This document shows positions 6,942 through 16,462 of a DNA stretch of 64,000 bases, one piece after another. How positions within the stretch are numbered: position 1 is the first letter of the stretch; each line of letters starts with the position of its first letter. The position numbers were made by a program, and so were the translations under genes. Where the stretch lies: positions 1-64,000 of IMG/VR virus record IMGVR_UViG_3300008448_000045; one strand, given 5' to 3'. Below the pieces are notes generated by a model. That model saw only the letters and a program-made list of their open reading frames with translations, searched no databases and had not been told where the DNA came from. Source of the DNA: a virus.

Positions 6942-8716
6942 TCTGTAACCTCTAAATCTGTAGCATACGATGTAAAGCCGTTTTCTTTGATAACTTTCAG
7001 CACATTGTTCACGCGACCAATTAGTTCGTCTTTGTGTGAAATTAAGTAGATGTTCTTCTTGCGCTCTCGACTCATCTTCTTAAGAACACTTAGCGCACTT
7101 TCAACACCTGACGCATCTAATCCGTTGTCAATTAGTTCGTCTACAAACAATAGATTAATGTTTTGATATAGACTTTCCCAAACATCACGGAACGCCCAGG
7201 ACAAGCCTAAGATCAAGCGATTACGCTCTCCCCTACTTAGATTATCAAAGTCTAGGTCTTGACCTAGTTGTGTAATCTCAACATTAAGATCGTTTTGGAA
7301 CGTAACACTATGCGGTAAGCCCATGCGATCCAGGTAATAAGTTAGTCTATTGTTTAGATAGGCTAGATTTTGATCAATGATCTTTTTGCGTATAAAGCTG
7401 TCTTTACTGGTCAATAACTTGAGTAAGAACTCCTGATGTTCTTTAAGTGTAGACAGCTCGTTGACAGCATCCCAAGTAATTTCCTGTAGGGCAGTATTGG
7501 TTAATTCGTCAATCTGCTCTTGATAAGGGTCAGTTTCTCCGGCTCTTATAGCCAGCTGTTGTTCAAGAGTTTTGAGATTATTTTGGTGTTTTAACGCCTC
7601 TTCTACTGTGTCGTAGTAAGTGTTTGGCCTACCATTGATCTCGCCAATGCCGTCAATTTCTGTTCGGATTTTATCTAAATCCCCAGTAACCTTAGCTAGA
7701 TATTTTTTTGCTTCATCTAGGTTTCCCTGCGCTGTAGACGTCATTTCGCCGTGTTTATGGTCATGCAACTCCTGTTCACAAGCATGGCACCGCTTATTCG
7801 CTAACTTCATAAGCTCGCTGTCGTACTTCGTGACGCTTCGCTCTGCTTGCGCTATCGCGCTTTCTAACGTAGCACGTTCCTTATTCAAGGACCGCAGTCT
7901 TGCAGACTGTTCGTTGTAGATTTTTAGCGCGGCATGCGTTGCAATTTCTGCTTCAATGTCTACATTTTCAAGCTCGATAATTGCCCTAGCAATTTTTTCA
8001 AGATCAACTTCTTTTTGCTTGTTCCAAACGGTTTGTTTGGTAATTAAACTGTCGATGCTTTTTTGTATGCTTTCATTTGATCGTTTTGTTGCTTCAATTT
8101 TAGCTGTTTCTTGAGCAATATCTTCTTTGGTTTGTCTAATAAACTCTTTTAGTTTTTCTGATTTTTCACTGAGTATAGTAATACCTAATAGCTGTTCGAT
8201 AATTGCTCTTTGATCGTTTGCTTTCATAGAAAGAAACGGTTCGGTGTAAGTGTTTAACGCTACTACATGTTTAAACATATCGTGACTCATACCTAGCAAT
8301 TCGTCTAGGTCTTTTTGTGTTTCACGCATATCGCCCTGGGCGTCGTCTGTTTCTTCAGATTCTTGTTCAATATCGTTTACATAAAACTGTAGTATGTTAG
8401 GTTTACGTCCTCGCTCAATACGATAAGTTTGGCTATCTTTCTCAAACGAAAGTGTAACTAACATATTTTTATTATTAATCTTGTTGATTAAGTTATCTTT
8501 TTTAATGTTAGTTAATGCTGTACCAAATAATGCATAGCTAAGGGCATTTACAATAGTAGTTTTACCAGTACCGTTACGACTACCGCTGTCGTCGCCCCCC
8601 ATGTCTAAATTTTCTCCGAGAACAAGGGTAAGATGTGTTTTTTCAAAATCTACAGCTTGGGTTTGATTACCCACGCTCATAAAGTTTTTGACTGTAAGTT
8701 CTTTTATTTTTATCAT
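6938..8716 (-). CDS. gp46: Rad50/SbcC-like recombination ATPase, T4 gp46-like
   Basis: Walker A NGTGKTT, coiled coil with CHAC zinc hook, LSRGE signature, Walker B LLFVDE, ISH. Confidence 0.95.
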   Translation of the reverse strand: MIKIKELTVKNFMSVGNQTQAVDFEKTHLTLVLGENLDMGGDDSGSRNGTGKTTIVNALSYALFGTALTNIKKDNLINKINNKNMLVTLSFEKDSQTYRIERGRKPNILQFYVNDIEQESEETDDAQGDMRETQKDLDELLGMSHDMFKHVVALNTYTEPFLSMKANDQRAIIEQLLGITILSEKSEKLKEFIRQTKEDIAQETAKIEATKRSNESIQKSIDSLITKQTVWNKQKEVDLEKIARAIIELENVDIEAEIATHAALKIYNEQSARLRSLNKERATLESAIAQAERSVTKYDSELMKLANKRCHACEQELHDHKHGEMTSTAQGNLDEAKKYLAKVTGDLDKIRTEIDGIGEINGRPNTYYDTVEEALKHQNNLKTLEQQLAIRAGETDPYQEQIDELTNTALQEITWDAVNELSTLKEHQEFLLKLLTSKDSFIRKKIIDQNLAYLNNRLTYYLDRMGLPHSVTFQNDLNVEITQLGQDLDFDNLSRGERNRLILGLSWAFRDVWESLYQNINLLFVDELIDNGLDASGVESALSVLKKMSRERKKNIYLISHKDELIGRVNNVLKVIKENGFTSYATDLEVTE

Positions 8717-9726
8717 AGGCTGTTATAAATCGCCAGTAGCGTATTTTTATTATACGTGTCGCTTTCAATATTCACAAGCTGACTGGACACAATTTGATCA
8801 ACACTTTCAAAAGATTGGATGTCAATGTTAGTATCAATTTCAGCAGCTTTCTTTTCTGCAATTAACGTAAGCTCTCGAATCTCGTACTGAGACATAAAGT
8901 TTTCTTTGATGAAACTAGCTTCTTCGTAGGTAATATCGATATCTAAAGTTACTCGAAGATGTTGTTTTGGTAAAATAAGAGAATCAGCTTCATCAATTAA
9001 CCTACTCAGATTAACGGTGCGGAAAGTTGGTTGCCCTGGCCAGCTATGGTATTCGGGCTTACCGCCCCACTCTAAAATCATCATGCCGCGTTCGTCATCC
9101 CACGCATCTGCATAGTTGTGTGGAAATGCATTGCCAATATAAATCATATTGCTTTTTTGCTGACGCTTGTGAAAATGTCCACTAAAACCTAACTCGTAAT
9201 TTTTAAAACTATCTAAGTTAATTTCTCCATGGTCCGGCATTTGTACCATAGCGTTCATAAAGAAGTTAGGCAATTCAAAGTGTCCAAAGATGTACTTGCC
9301 ACCTTTTTTGCCCACAGTCTTCCATTCGTCTCCTACAAGCCATGGACACATAGTTACATCACCAACAGTCATTGGTTTATGTACAATAGTAATACCGGGG
9401 ATGTACTTGCCAAACTCTACAGAGTGGATATCACGCTTATCTTTATAGTAAAGATCATGATTACCAGGAAAGAAATAAAACTGATCAAAAGCCTGTCCGA
9501 GCTTCTCCAATGCTCGAAGGCTGTAGTCCATAGTAGTGATATTAAGACTATTGCGGTTGTGATGCCAGTCGCCCATAAAAATACCTGTGTCACAGCCTTC
9601 CTCCTTAGCTTTTGCAATATACCAATCTACAAAGTCTTCACAGTCTTGATTATGCACTTGACTGTTAGACTTTAGCCCAAAGTGGATGTCTGTAAAACAG
9701 GCAACCTTTTTAAACAAATTACTCAT
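8713..9726 (-). CDS. gp47: Mre11/SbcD-like nuclease, T4 gp47-like
   Basis: Metallophosphoesterase motifs DIHFG, GD, GNHD, GHFH. Confidence 0.95.
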   Translation of the reverse strand: MSNLFKKVACFTDIHFGLKSNSQVHNQDCEDFVDWYIAKAKEEGCDTGIFMGDWHHNRNSLNITTMDYSLRALEKLGQAFDQFYFFPGNHDLYYKDKRDIHSVEFGKYIPGITIVHKPMTVGDVTMCPWLVGDEWKTVGKKGGKYIFGHFELPNFFMNAMVQMPDHGEINLDSFKNYELGFSGHFHKRQQKSNMIYIGNAFPHNYADAWDDERGMMILEWGGKPEYHSWPGQPTFRTVNLSRLIDEADSLILPKQHLRVTLDIDITYEEASFIKENFMSQYEIRELTLIAEKKAAEIDTNIDIQSFESVDQIVSSQLVNIESDTYNKNTLLAIYNSL

Positions 9727-10549
9727 GTGTGTCCTCGTTGTGACGTTTTAGTGCAGCTTCGTGCTCGCCTTGCCCTGTACGTGAATAGCTTGGATTCATG
9801 CCGTTCATTTCTAAGATATCGTCTCTAATGTTTTGATTACGTTTCTCAATGTTGATAACTCTAACGAATGAATTAGTAACAGCAGCAGTAAAGTAAGCAA
9901 AAGGATTATCTGATTTACTTTCATCGAATTGTAGTCCTATTTGTGTTAGTTGAAGAATAGCTTGGCCTTTCATTTCATCATTATAGGTATAGCCTCGAAC
10001 GTTGCCCCTAGTAGCGTACCTCTCACAAAGTTTAATCATCATCCGGGCAAGTGTTGGGCTAATTTGTCCAGCATCTTTATCAAACTTTCCTTTTTCTAAG
10101 TCCCCACGCCAATGACTTTTACCAACACAAATTAGTTCGTCTTCTTCATTAAATTTCCAATGTTGGAACGGTGGAAAGTTAACTTTATCTCGTCCATCAG
10201 CCGCACTTTTTGGATTTTTTTTGCGAGTAGTGTTTACAGGTATATGATCATATGTCATAATTCTAAAAACAATATCGGTCTTTGCTATCTTTTTATAATC
10301 AACTTCGCAATCTGCTTGTTTAACTTTTTCACCGGCAGCTTTGCGTTTAGCATATTCTTCGTCGCCCATTCGTTTTGCACGATTTCTTTTGGCTTCTGCT
10401 ACAGTACGTATGTTAATTTTTTCAACATTTGGTAAAATAATGTCGTACTGATGGTATTCTGGCTTGGTAAAAATACAATATGAACTTTTGCTTCTATGTA
10501 TTTCAGCTAGCATATCCTTATTATTAAGGTAATTCGTTTTAGTTGTCAT
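9719..10549 (-). CDS. gp55: Late transcription sigma factor, T4 gp55-like
   Basis: NYLNNKDML, RGN..GYTY.DEM and FDESKSDNPFAYFT...NSF.R motifs; 55-47-46 gene order as in T4. Confidence 0.85.
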   Translation of the reverse strand: MTTKTNYLNNKDMLAEIHRSKSSYCIFTKPEYHQYDIILPNVEKINIRTVAEAKRNRAKRMGDEEYAKRKAAGEKVKQADCEVDYKKIAKTDIVFRIMTYDHIPVNTTRKKNPKSAADGRDKVNFPPFQHWKFNEEDELICVGKSHWRGDLEKGKFDKDAGQISPTLARMMIKLCERYATRGNVRGYTYNDEMKGQAILQLTQIGLQFDESKSDNPFAYFTAAVTNSFVRVINIEKRNQNIRDDILEMNGMNPSYSRTGQGEHEAALKRHNEDTHE

Positions 10550-10572
10550 TAATCACATCTCCGGATAATAAT

Positions 10573-10601
10573 ATTATAATATACGCACATTAAAAAGTCA
10601 A
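10573..10601 (-). promoter_or_regulatory. Sigma70 promoter for the gp55-47-46 operon
   Basis: TTGACT-17 nt-TATAAT. Confidence 0.85.
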
Positions 10602-10608
10602 ATAAATA
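10602..10608 (+). promoter_or_regulatory. Late promoter-like ATAAATA for the baseplate operon
   Basis: 22 nt upstream of ATG 10631, with AAGGA Shine-Dalgarno. Confidence 0.65.
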
Positions 10609-10630
10609 TATTACCAAAAGGAAAAAACAT

Positions 10631-11563
10631 ATGGCACTATTTGACAACGGCCCTGGTCTAGCAACTCAGGTTTCAGTAGCAACAAACGCTGCATCATCAA
10701 TAATGAATCTTGCTCAAGGCGCAGCTGCTTTTAAAACAGCAGCCCGGGCAGGAAATTTACAATCTCTAGTTAGCGGATCAGCTGATGTACTAAGTGCTGT
10801 TGCTATGTTTTCTAACATAGTAAATCCAAACGATTGGAGAGTTTCGTTAAGTATTCCAAATTGGATTAGCTTTATACAAAGCCCAGTGTTAAAGCCATTG
10901 AAAGATGCTGGCGCAATGGTATTTCCTTACACTCCTGAAGTTACGTTAGCTAGCAATGCAAAGTATTCCCCAATTGCTACCACGCATAATAATTATCCGT
11001 TCCAAGCCTACGAAGGAAGTAATCCCGGAACAATAACAATTACAGCACCGTTCTACGTTGAAGACCAAGAGCAAGCATTGTATTGGATAGCCGCTTTACA
11101 TTATTTCCGTAGTGTGACAAAAATGTTTGCTGGAACAGATATTAAGGCAGGTAATCCTCCGCCCATTGTTATGCTAAACGGTTACGGAAGTTATGTTTTT
11201 AAAAATATACCAGTGGCTGTTACACAATTTCAAACTACTTTGCCTAAAGATTGTGATTACATCAGTTGTAATACTGTTGGAAGTGCTTTAGGCGCCGTTG
11301 CTGGTATTTTTGAAGCAGGTGAAGATGTACTCAATGCATTTGGTCTAACAGCACCCGGCCTAGGTGGTTTAGGGTCGCTGACAGCAACTATAGGAAGTTT
11401 AGGTGTCGGGGGTTCTACATCAGCAGGCAAGGCATTTGTCCCAACTAAAAGTACTTTTACTGTTACATTGCAACCAATGTACAGTAGAACATCAGTAAGA
11501 AGATTTAGCCTTGAACGATTTGTTACTGGTGGCTATGTTTCAAACCCATTTGGATATGTATAA
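10631..11563 (+). CDS. Baseplate/tail-tube initiator-type protein (gp48/gp54-like)
   Basis: FPYTP and PPP.V.L.GYG.Y.F..IPV.V motifs; first gene of the baseplate cluster. Confidence 0.55.
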   Translation: MALFDNGPGLATQVSVATNAASSIMNLAQGAAAFKTAARAGNLQSLVSGSADVLSAVAMFSNIVNPNDWRVSLSIPNWISFIQSPVLKPLKDAGAMVFPYTPEVTLASNAKYSPIATTHNNYPFQAYEGSNPGTITITAPFYVEDQEQALYWIAALHYFRSVTKMFAGTDIKAGNPPPIVMLNGYGSYVFKNIPVAVTQFQTTLPKDCDYISCNTVGSALGAVAGIFEAGEDVLNAFGLTAPGLGGLGSLTATIGSLGVGGSTSAGKAFVPTKSTFTVTLQPMYSRTSVRRFSLERFVTGGYVSNPFGYV

Positions 11564-11865
11564 TGAAAGCTAATTACAATAACAGTAGTCCTTGGTATAC
11601 TACTCAGATAAGACAAGATTATCTTGACATACTAGCAATTCGTCCGGTAAGTGCTGAACCAGATGACTATCTATATACAATTGAATCTCAATACCAGTAC
11701 AGACCAGACTTGTTAGCCTACGACTTGTATCAAGATCCTGCCCTATGGTGGGTGTTTACTCAACGGAATCTCGATGTTCTCCAAGATCCAATTTTAGATT
11801 TTAAGACAGGGACACAAATTTATGTTCCAAAACCGGCAAGTTTAAAAAATATACTAGGAATATAA
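11563..11865 (+). CDS. LysM-like baseplate wedge protein, gp53-like
   Basis: YQYRPDLLAYDLY.DP.LWWV...N motif. Confidence 0.75.
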   Translation: MKANYNNSSPWYTTQIRQDYLDILAIRPVSAEPDDYLYTIESQYQYRPDLLAYDLYQDPALWWVFTQRNLDVLQDPILDFKTGTQIYVPKPASLKNILGI

Positions 11866-14117
11866 TGTCAGAAAACGGAGCAACATCAGCATCACAAGCA
11901 GCGAATGCTGTAAATTTTGTACAAACTGGTTCAGCGGCCCTCGGCGGAATAGTTGATGCATTTACAGGTTCATTTAATGCAGCCAGCGCAGCAATTGGAA
12001 ACATATTTACTTCGTTGGGATCGGGAGTACAGCCTTCGGGCTTTACTTTGCCCTTGAATAATCCTTTGCATAGTTATGCATCTTACAGTTATGTTATTAG
12101 CCTGTATTGTTTAGACACAGAAGAGCATAATTTTCCTGATACTAGTTACATTGCTGGAAAATTTAAAACTCCAGCGATATTAAAAACAGCCAGCTCAGAT
12201 CCAAATAACAGAATAAAAACATCAGCTGGAAAATACGATTTTCATATTGACAATCTAGTTCTTAACGGTTACTATGGATTTGAAAAAGGTACAGGCCTAA
12301 CTAACACAATGAATTTTGAGTTCACGGTTATTGAACCTTATAGCATGGGCCAGTTTATGATTGCAGTCCAACAGGCTGCTTACCAAGCAGGATATAAAAA
12401 TTTCAACGGCGCTCCTTATCTGTTAGTAATTGAATTCTTTGGCATGGACCAAGCAGGCATTCCTAAAAAAGTACCTAAGACAACAAAGTATTTGCCTTTT
12501 AATTTTAATAACATGAGTATGAAAGTAAATGGTGCAGGCAGCATTTATACTTGTACTACGATTCCAACAAATGCATCGTCTACAACAGATGCTGTTAGAC
12601 TTACTAAATCAGATCATACAATAAAAGGCAAAACAGTTCAAGAACTACTCCAATCAGGCCCACATAGTCTACAAGCAGCTCTAAATAAAAAACAACAAGA
12701 ACTTAAAACAGAAGGAAAAGTTGCTGTACCTGATGAGTATGTTATTATTTTTCCTACTAGTTTAGCATCGTCGCCTGCTGCAGGAGCCGACGATCAAGCA
12801 GGTTCTGCTTTATCTTCAACCGGAAAAGTTACGGGTGCAACAGATGATGTGCCTAATTCAATAAATGATCCTCAACTATTTTCTAAATTAGGAATTAGCA
12901 GAAGTCAAATTAATAAAACTTTAGTTCAAGCAGATGGTGATTGCAATGCTATAGGCAAAGCCCCAATGGGACACGACGCCTCAAGAGCTAAACGCCCGTC
13001 GATGGCAAACGATGACCAAACTTTTAATGCAAATACAGGCACACCAGACAAAAGCCAAATTAAAACTACACCAGAACTTGTTGATTATACTTTTAGAAAT
13101 GGCAGCGATGTATTAAAAATTATTAATGAAGTTATTGTAAAAAGCGGTTACGCTCAAATTGCGCTTGATAAAGATCAAGTTGATAGCAACGGCATGCGCC
13201 CAATGTGGAGAGTGGATGTACAAACTTTTGGAATTAAAACAGAAGCAAATATGAAACAAACTGGAGATTATCCTAAGTTACACGTTTATCGAGTTGTACC
13301 TTATAGAATGCACTCTAGTAAGTTGCTTCTTCCTGGAGCCGGTGCCCCTAATACAGAAACGTTAAAGACTCAAGCGGTAAAAGTCTATAATTACATCTAC
13401 ACTGGCAACAACAGAGATATTATAAAGTTTGATTTTGAAATTGCAAATGCTTTTTATGCGTTATTTGCAGTTAGTGATATTACAATTGGTGATGAGAGAG
13501 ATAGAGAAAATAGAAATTCTGCTGGTAATGTTCCTGAAGATGTTGCTCTTAAAAATCCGCAAGGTGGCCCTAATCCGGGATTAGGATTTTTACCAAGAAT
13601 GGCTAAGTTTGTTGGTATACAGTCAACCCTTGACGCTCAAGGAGGATCAATAGGTGATACTCAAGCTACTAGAGCAATGAAACTTTTTCTTGATGCACTA
13701 AAAGCAGATACAGACATGTTAAACATTACAATGGAAATAGTTGGAGATCCTTACTATATTGCCAACAGCGGCCTAGGAAACTATTCTGCATCTCCGTCAA
13801 CAAATATTAATATTCATGCAGACGGCAGCATTAGTTACCAAAACGGTGAAGTTGATATTGTAATTTATTTTAGAAGCCCTGTTGACATAAATCAAACTAC
13901 TGGATTGTATGATTTTACAAGAAACACTAACCTATCAACTATGTTTAGTGGTCTATATAAACTAACAAGCATTACAAGTTCTTTTAAAGCAGGAAAATTT
14001 ACACAAACACTTCAAGGATACCGTCGCCCAGGACAAGAAATAACAGATTCTAAATCAAAAGATAATCTGTTATCATCACAAGTGGAAAAACAAAAACCTG
14101 CTGAAGCAGCTGGTTAA
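11865..14117 (+). CDS. Baseplate hub protein (gp27-like, 750 aa)
   Basis: NPL..Y.SY.Y N-terminus, I.GDPY, G.Y....I.S.F..GKFTQ.L C-terminus; lies upstream of the spike gene. Confidence 0.55.
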   Translation: MSENGATSASQAANAVNFVQTGSAALGGIVDAFTGSFNAASAAIGNIFTSLGSGVQPSGFTLPLNNPLHSYASYSYVISLYCLDTEEHNFPDTSYIAGKFKTPAILKTASSDPNNRIKTSAGKYDFHIDNLVLNGYYGFEKGTGLTNTMNFEFTVIEPYSMGQFMIAVQQAAYQAGYKNFNGAPYLLVIEFFGMDQAGIPKKVPKTTKYLPFNFNNMSMKVNGAGSIYTCTTIPTNASSTTDAVRLTKSDHTIKGKTVQELLQSGPHSLQAALNKKQQELKTEGKVAVPDEYVIIFPTSLASSPAAGADDQAGSALSSTGKVTGATDDVPNSINDPQLFSKLGISRSQINKTLVQADGDCNAIGKAPMGHDASRAKRPSMANDDQTFNANTGTPDKSQIKTTPELVDYTFRNGSDVLKIINEVIVKSGYAQIALDKDQVDSNGMRPMWRVDVQTFGIKTEANMKQTGDYPKLHVYRVVPYRMHSSKLLLPGAGAPNTETLKTQAVKVYNYIYTGNNRDIIKFDFEIANAFYALFAVSDITIGDERDRENRNSAGNVPEDVALKNPQGGPNPGLGFLPRMAKFVGIQSTLDAQGGSIGDTQATRAMKLFLDALKADTDMLNITMEIVGDPYYIANSGLGNYSASPSTNINIHADGSISYQNGEVDIVIYFRSPVDINQTTGLYDFTRNTNLSTMFSGLYKLTSITSSFKAGKFTQTLQGYRRPGQEITDSKSKDNLLSSQVEKQKPAEAAG

Positions 14118-14128
14118 CAAGGGAAGCT

Positions 14129-15955
14129 ATGTCAGCACAAGATCAAAATACCGGCGACAAACCAATACTACCTGCGTTTCCGTGTTTAGCTAGAGTAGTT
14201 AGCTACGCAGATTCAACATTTATGGGGCGCCTTGAAGTAATGCTTCTTAGGCAAGGCCCTGGCAACACAGAATCAACTACACAAGTAGTACAAGTTGATA
14301 TGATTAGTCCATTTTGGGGTAATACCGGAAGAAAATTTGTTACGGCAGACCCAGATGATTACAATAGTACTCAAAAGTCTTACGGTATGTGGTTTATACC
14401 GCCGGACTACGGTTCTACAGTTGTAGTAATTTTCTTAAACGGTGATCCGTCGAGGGGGTATTGGCTTGGTGGCGTCCCTAGCGAGCATATGAATTTTAGT
14501 GTACCTGGACTAGCCGCAACAGAATTTGTAGTAGAACAAGACGGAGAAAAAGACAACAAAGGCAACGCACCTAGATTGCCAGTAGCCGAGTTTAACAAAG
14601 AAGTTAACAATCCAGAATTTAAAGTTGGCGATGAAACTAAAACAAAAAAACCAAAGCATCCTTTTGCTGATATACTAACAGAGCAAGGGCTAGTTCTCGA
14701 TGATATTCGAGGAATTACAACTAGTAGTGCAAGACGAGAAGCACCAAGCCAAGTATTCGGAGTATCAACACCGGGCCCAGTAGACTATAAAGACGGTGCA
14801 ACACGAGGTCCGGTAGGAAAAGAAGAAAGCGAGTATCCAAATGCATTTGTAAGTCGGCTCGGCGGCAGCACATTTGTTATGGATGACGGCGATACTACGT
14901 TTAGGAGAAGGAAAAAAGCATTTGAAGGCCCTCCAGATTATGCTGCAATTCTAAACAAAGAATTTGACGGCCTTCCAGATGTCCCTCATAACGAATTAAT
15001 TAGACTGAGAACAAGAACCGGGCATCAAATTTTATTACATAATTCGGAAGATTTAATTTATATTGGCAATGCCAGAGGTACTAGTTGGATAGAATTGTCC
15101 AGCGACGGAAAGATAGACATCTATGCAGAAGACAGCATTAGTGTACACACTAAACAAGATATTAATTTCTTAGCAGACCGAGATATTAACTTTGAAGCAA
15201 AACGAAATTTTAATATTAAAGTTGGCGAAGAGATGCATACTCATGTTATTAAAAATCAATTGTTAGTAGTAGACGGTGAGCAACAAACTAAAATTAAAGA
15301 AAATGCAAGTTTTACCTATGAAAGCGATTATTTGTCTAGTGCAATAAACTACCATGTTACTTCATCTAAAAATTATAATTTAAAAGTTGATGCAGATTTT
15401 AATCTTAAGGTAAAAGTCAACGGACAAATTGAAACTACTGGCAACTTAAATATTTTAACCACCGGTAATAATTTTATACAAGCAACTAAGAGCACAGAAA
15501 TCACGTCAGAGTTTAACAGACTTTATGCAAAAAAGATTAATCATATTAATGCTGATAGTCAAGTAAGAATTACTGCAAATAACGGCGCAGGTAAAGTGTG
15601 GATAAACTCGTCGGCAGAAGCAGAAAAGCAAACAATTGTTCCAAAAGTAGCAACAGTAGCTACAGAAATTGCCGACGAAGACGTTCCAAAGATATTAAAA
15701 ACTTTTAGCCTACCAGATGAAACTGGAGAAGAGTTGACACAAGCAATTGTAACTAGAGTTCCAACCCACGAGCCTTGGCCACATCATGAAAATTTAGATC
15801 CCTTAACTTTTAAAGCTGAAGAATTAGATAGGGACTCTAAGGGCAGGTATGAAGAAAACGACGAGTCGTTAGTTACTCCGCCTGACAGTTGGAAATCTTA
15901 CACTACAGTTTATGATACATTCAATCCTCCTCCTCCCGAGGAAGAAGAACAATAA
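14129..15955 (+). CDS. Baseplate central spike, gp5/VgrG-like, with no recognisable lysozyme domain
   Basis: OB-fold-type D...GRL.V and WFIPPD.GS.V.V.F; RT.TGHQI; beta-helix-like repeats; C-terminal PTHEPW.HH. Confidence 0.75.
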   Translation: MSAQDQNTGDKPILPAFPCLARVVSYADSTFMGRLEVMLLRQGPGNTESTTQVVQVDMISPFWGNTGRKFVTADPDDYNSTQKSYGMWFIPPDYGSTVVVIFLNGDPSRGYWLGGVPSEHMNFSVPGLAATEFVVEQDGEKDNKGNAPRLPVAEFNKEVNNPEFKVGDETKTKKPKHPFADILTEQGLVLDDIRGITTSSARREAPSQVFGVSTPGPVDYKDGATRGPVGKEESEYPNAFVSRLGGSTFVMDDGDTTFRRRKKAFEGPPDYAAILNKEFDGLPDVPHNELIRLRTRTGHQILLHNSEDLIYIGNARGTSWIELSSDGKIDIYAEDSISVHTKQDINFLADRDINFEAKRNFNIKVGEEMHTHVIKNQLLVVDGEQQTKIKENASFTYESDYLSSAINYHVTSSKNYNLKVDADFNLKVKVNGQIETTGNLNILTTGNNFIQATKSTEITSEFNRLYAKKINHINADSQVRITANNGAGKVWINSSAEAEKQTIVPKVATVATEIADEDVPKILKTFSLPDETGEELTQAIVTRVPTHEPWPHHENLDPLTFKAEELDRDSKGRYEENDESLVTPPDSWKSYTTVYDTFNPPPPEEEEQ

Positions 15956-15966
15956 GGAGAGACAAT

Positions 15967-16413
15967 ATGTCTTCTAATGCTAATTTATACGACAAAATAA
16001 CCTTAACAGGCAAACCAAAAACTGTTTCTAATATTACACCTAAAACATATAAAGGTTTTAGCACAGTTAATACATCAACAGAGAATTTTGGATTGTTTGA
16101 TTTTGAATTAATCAAACAAGATCTTATTAATATGTTTAATATCCGCATGGGCGAGCGTCTGATGCAACCTGAGTTTGGTACTATTATATGGGACCTATTA
16201 TACGAACCTATGACAGATGAAGTTAAGTATGCAATTCAAGAAAATGTTAATACAATTATAAATTACGACCCCCGAATAAGAGCAGAGCAGGTAATTGTAA
16301 CACCGTATGAAAGCGGAATACAAATAGAATGTGTGCTATCATATTTGCCCTATAACATACAACAATCATTGCAAATTAGATTTGACCAAGAAAACGGATT
16401 GTTGATGGCATAA
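15967..16413 (+). CDS. gp25: Baseplate wedge protein / sheath initiator, gp25-like
   Basis: GER.M.PEFG..I..LLYEP and YDPRI motifs. Confidence 0.9.
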   Translation: MSSNANLYDKITLTGKPKTVSNITPKTYKGFSTVNTSTENFGLFDFELIKQDLINMFNIRMGERLMQPEFGTIIWDLLYEPMTDEVKYAIQENVNTIINYDPRIRAEQVIVTPYESGIQIECVLSYLPYNIQQSLQIRFDQENGLLMA

Positions 16414-16435
16414 TATATGCACTTAATTGTATTCG

Positions 16436-16442
16436 ATAAATA
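16436..16442 (+). promoter_or_regulatory. Late promoter-like ATAAATA
   Basis: Intergenic, 20 nt upstream of ATG 16463. Confidence 0.6.
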
Positions 16443-16462
16443 TTGATATAATAGGATAAATC

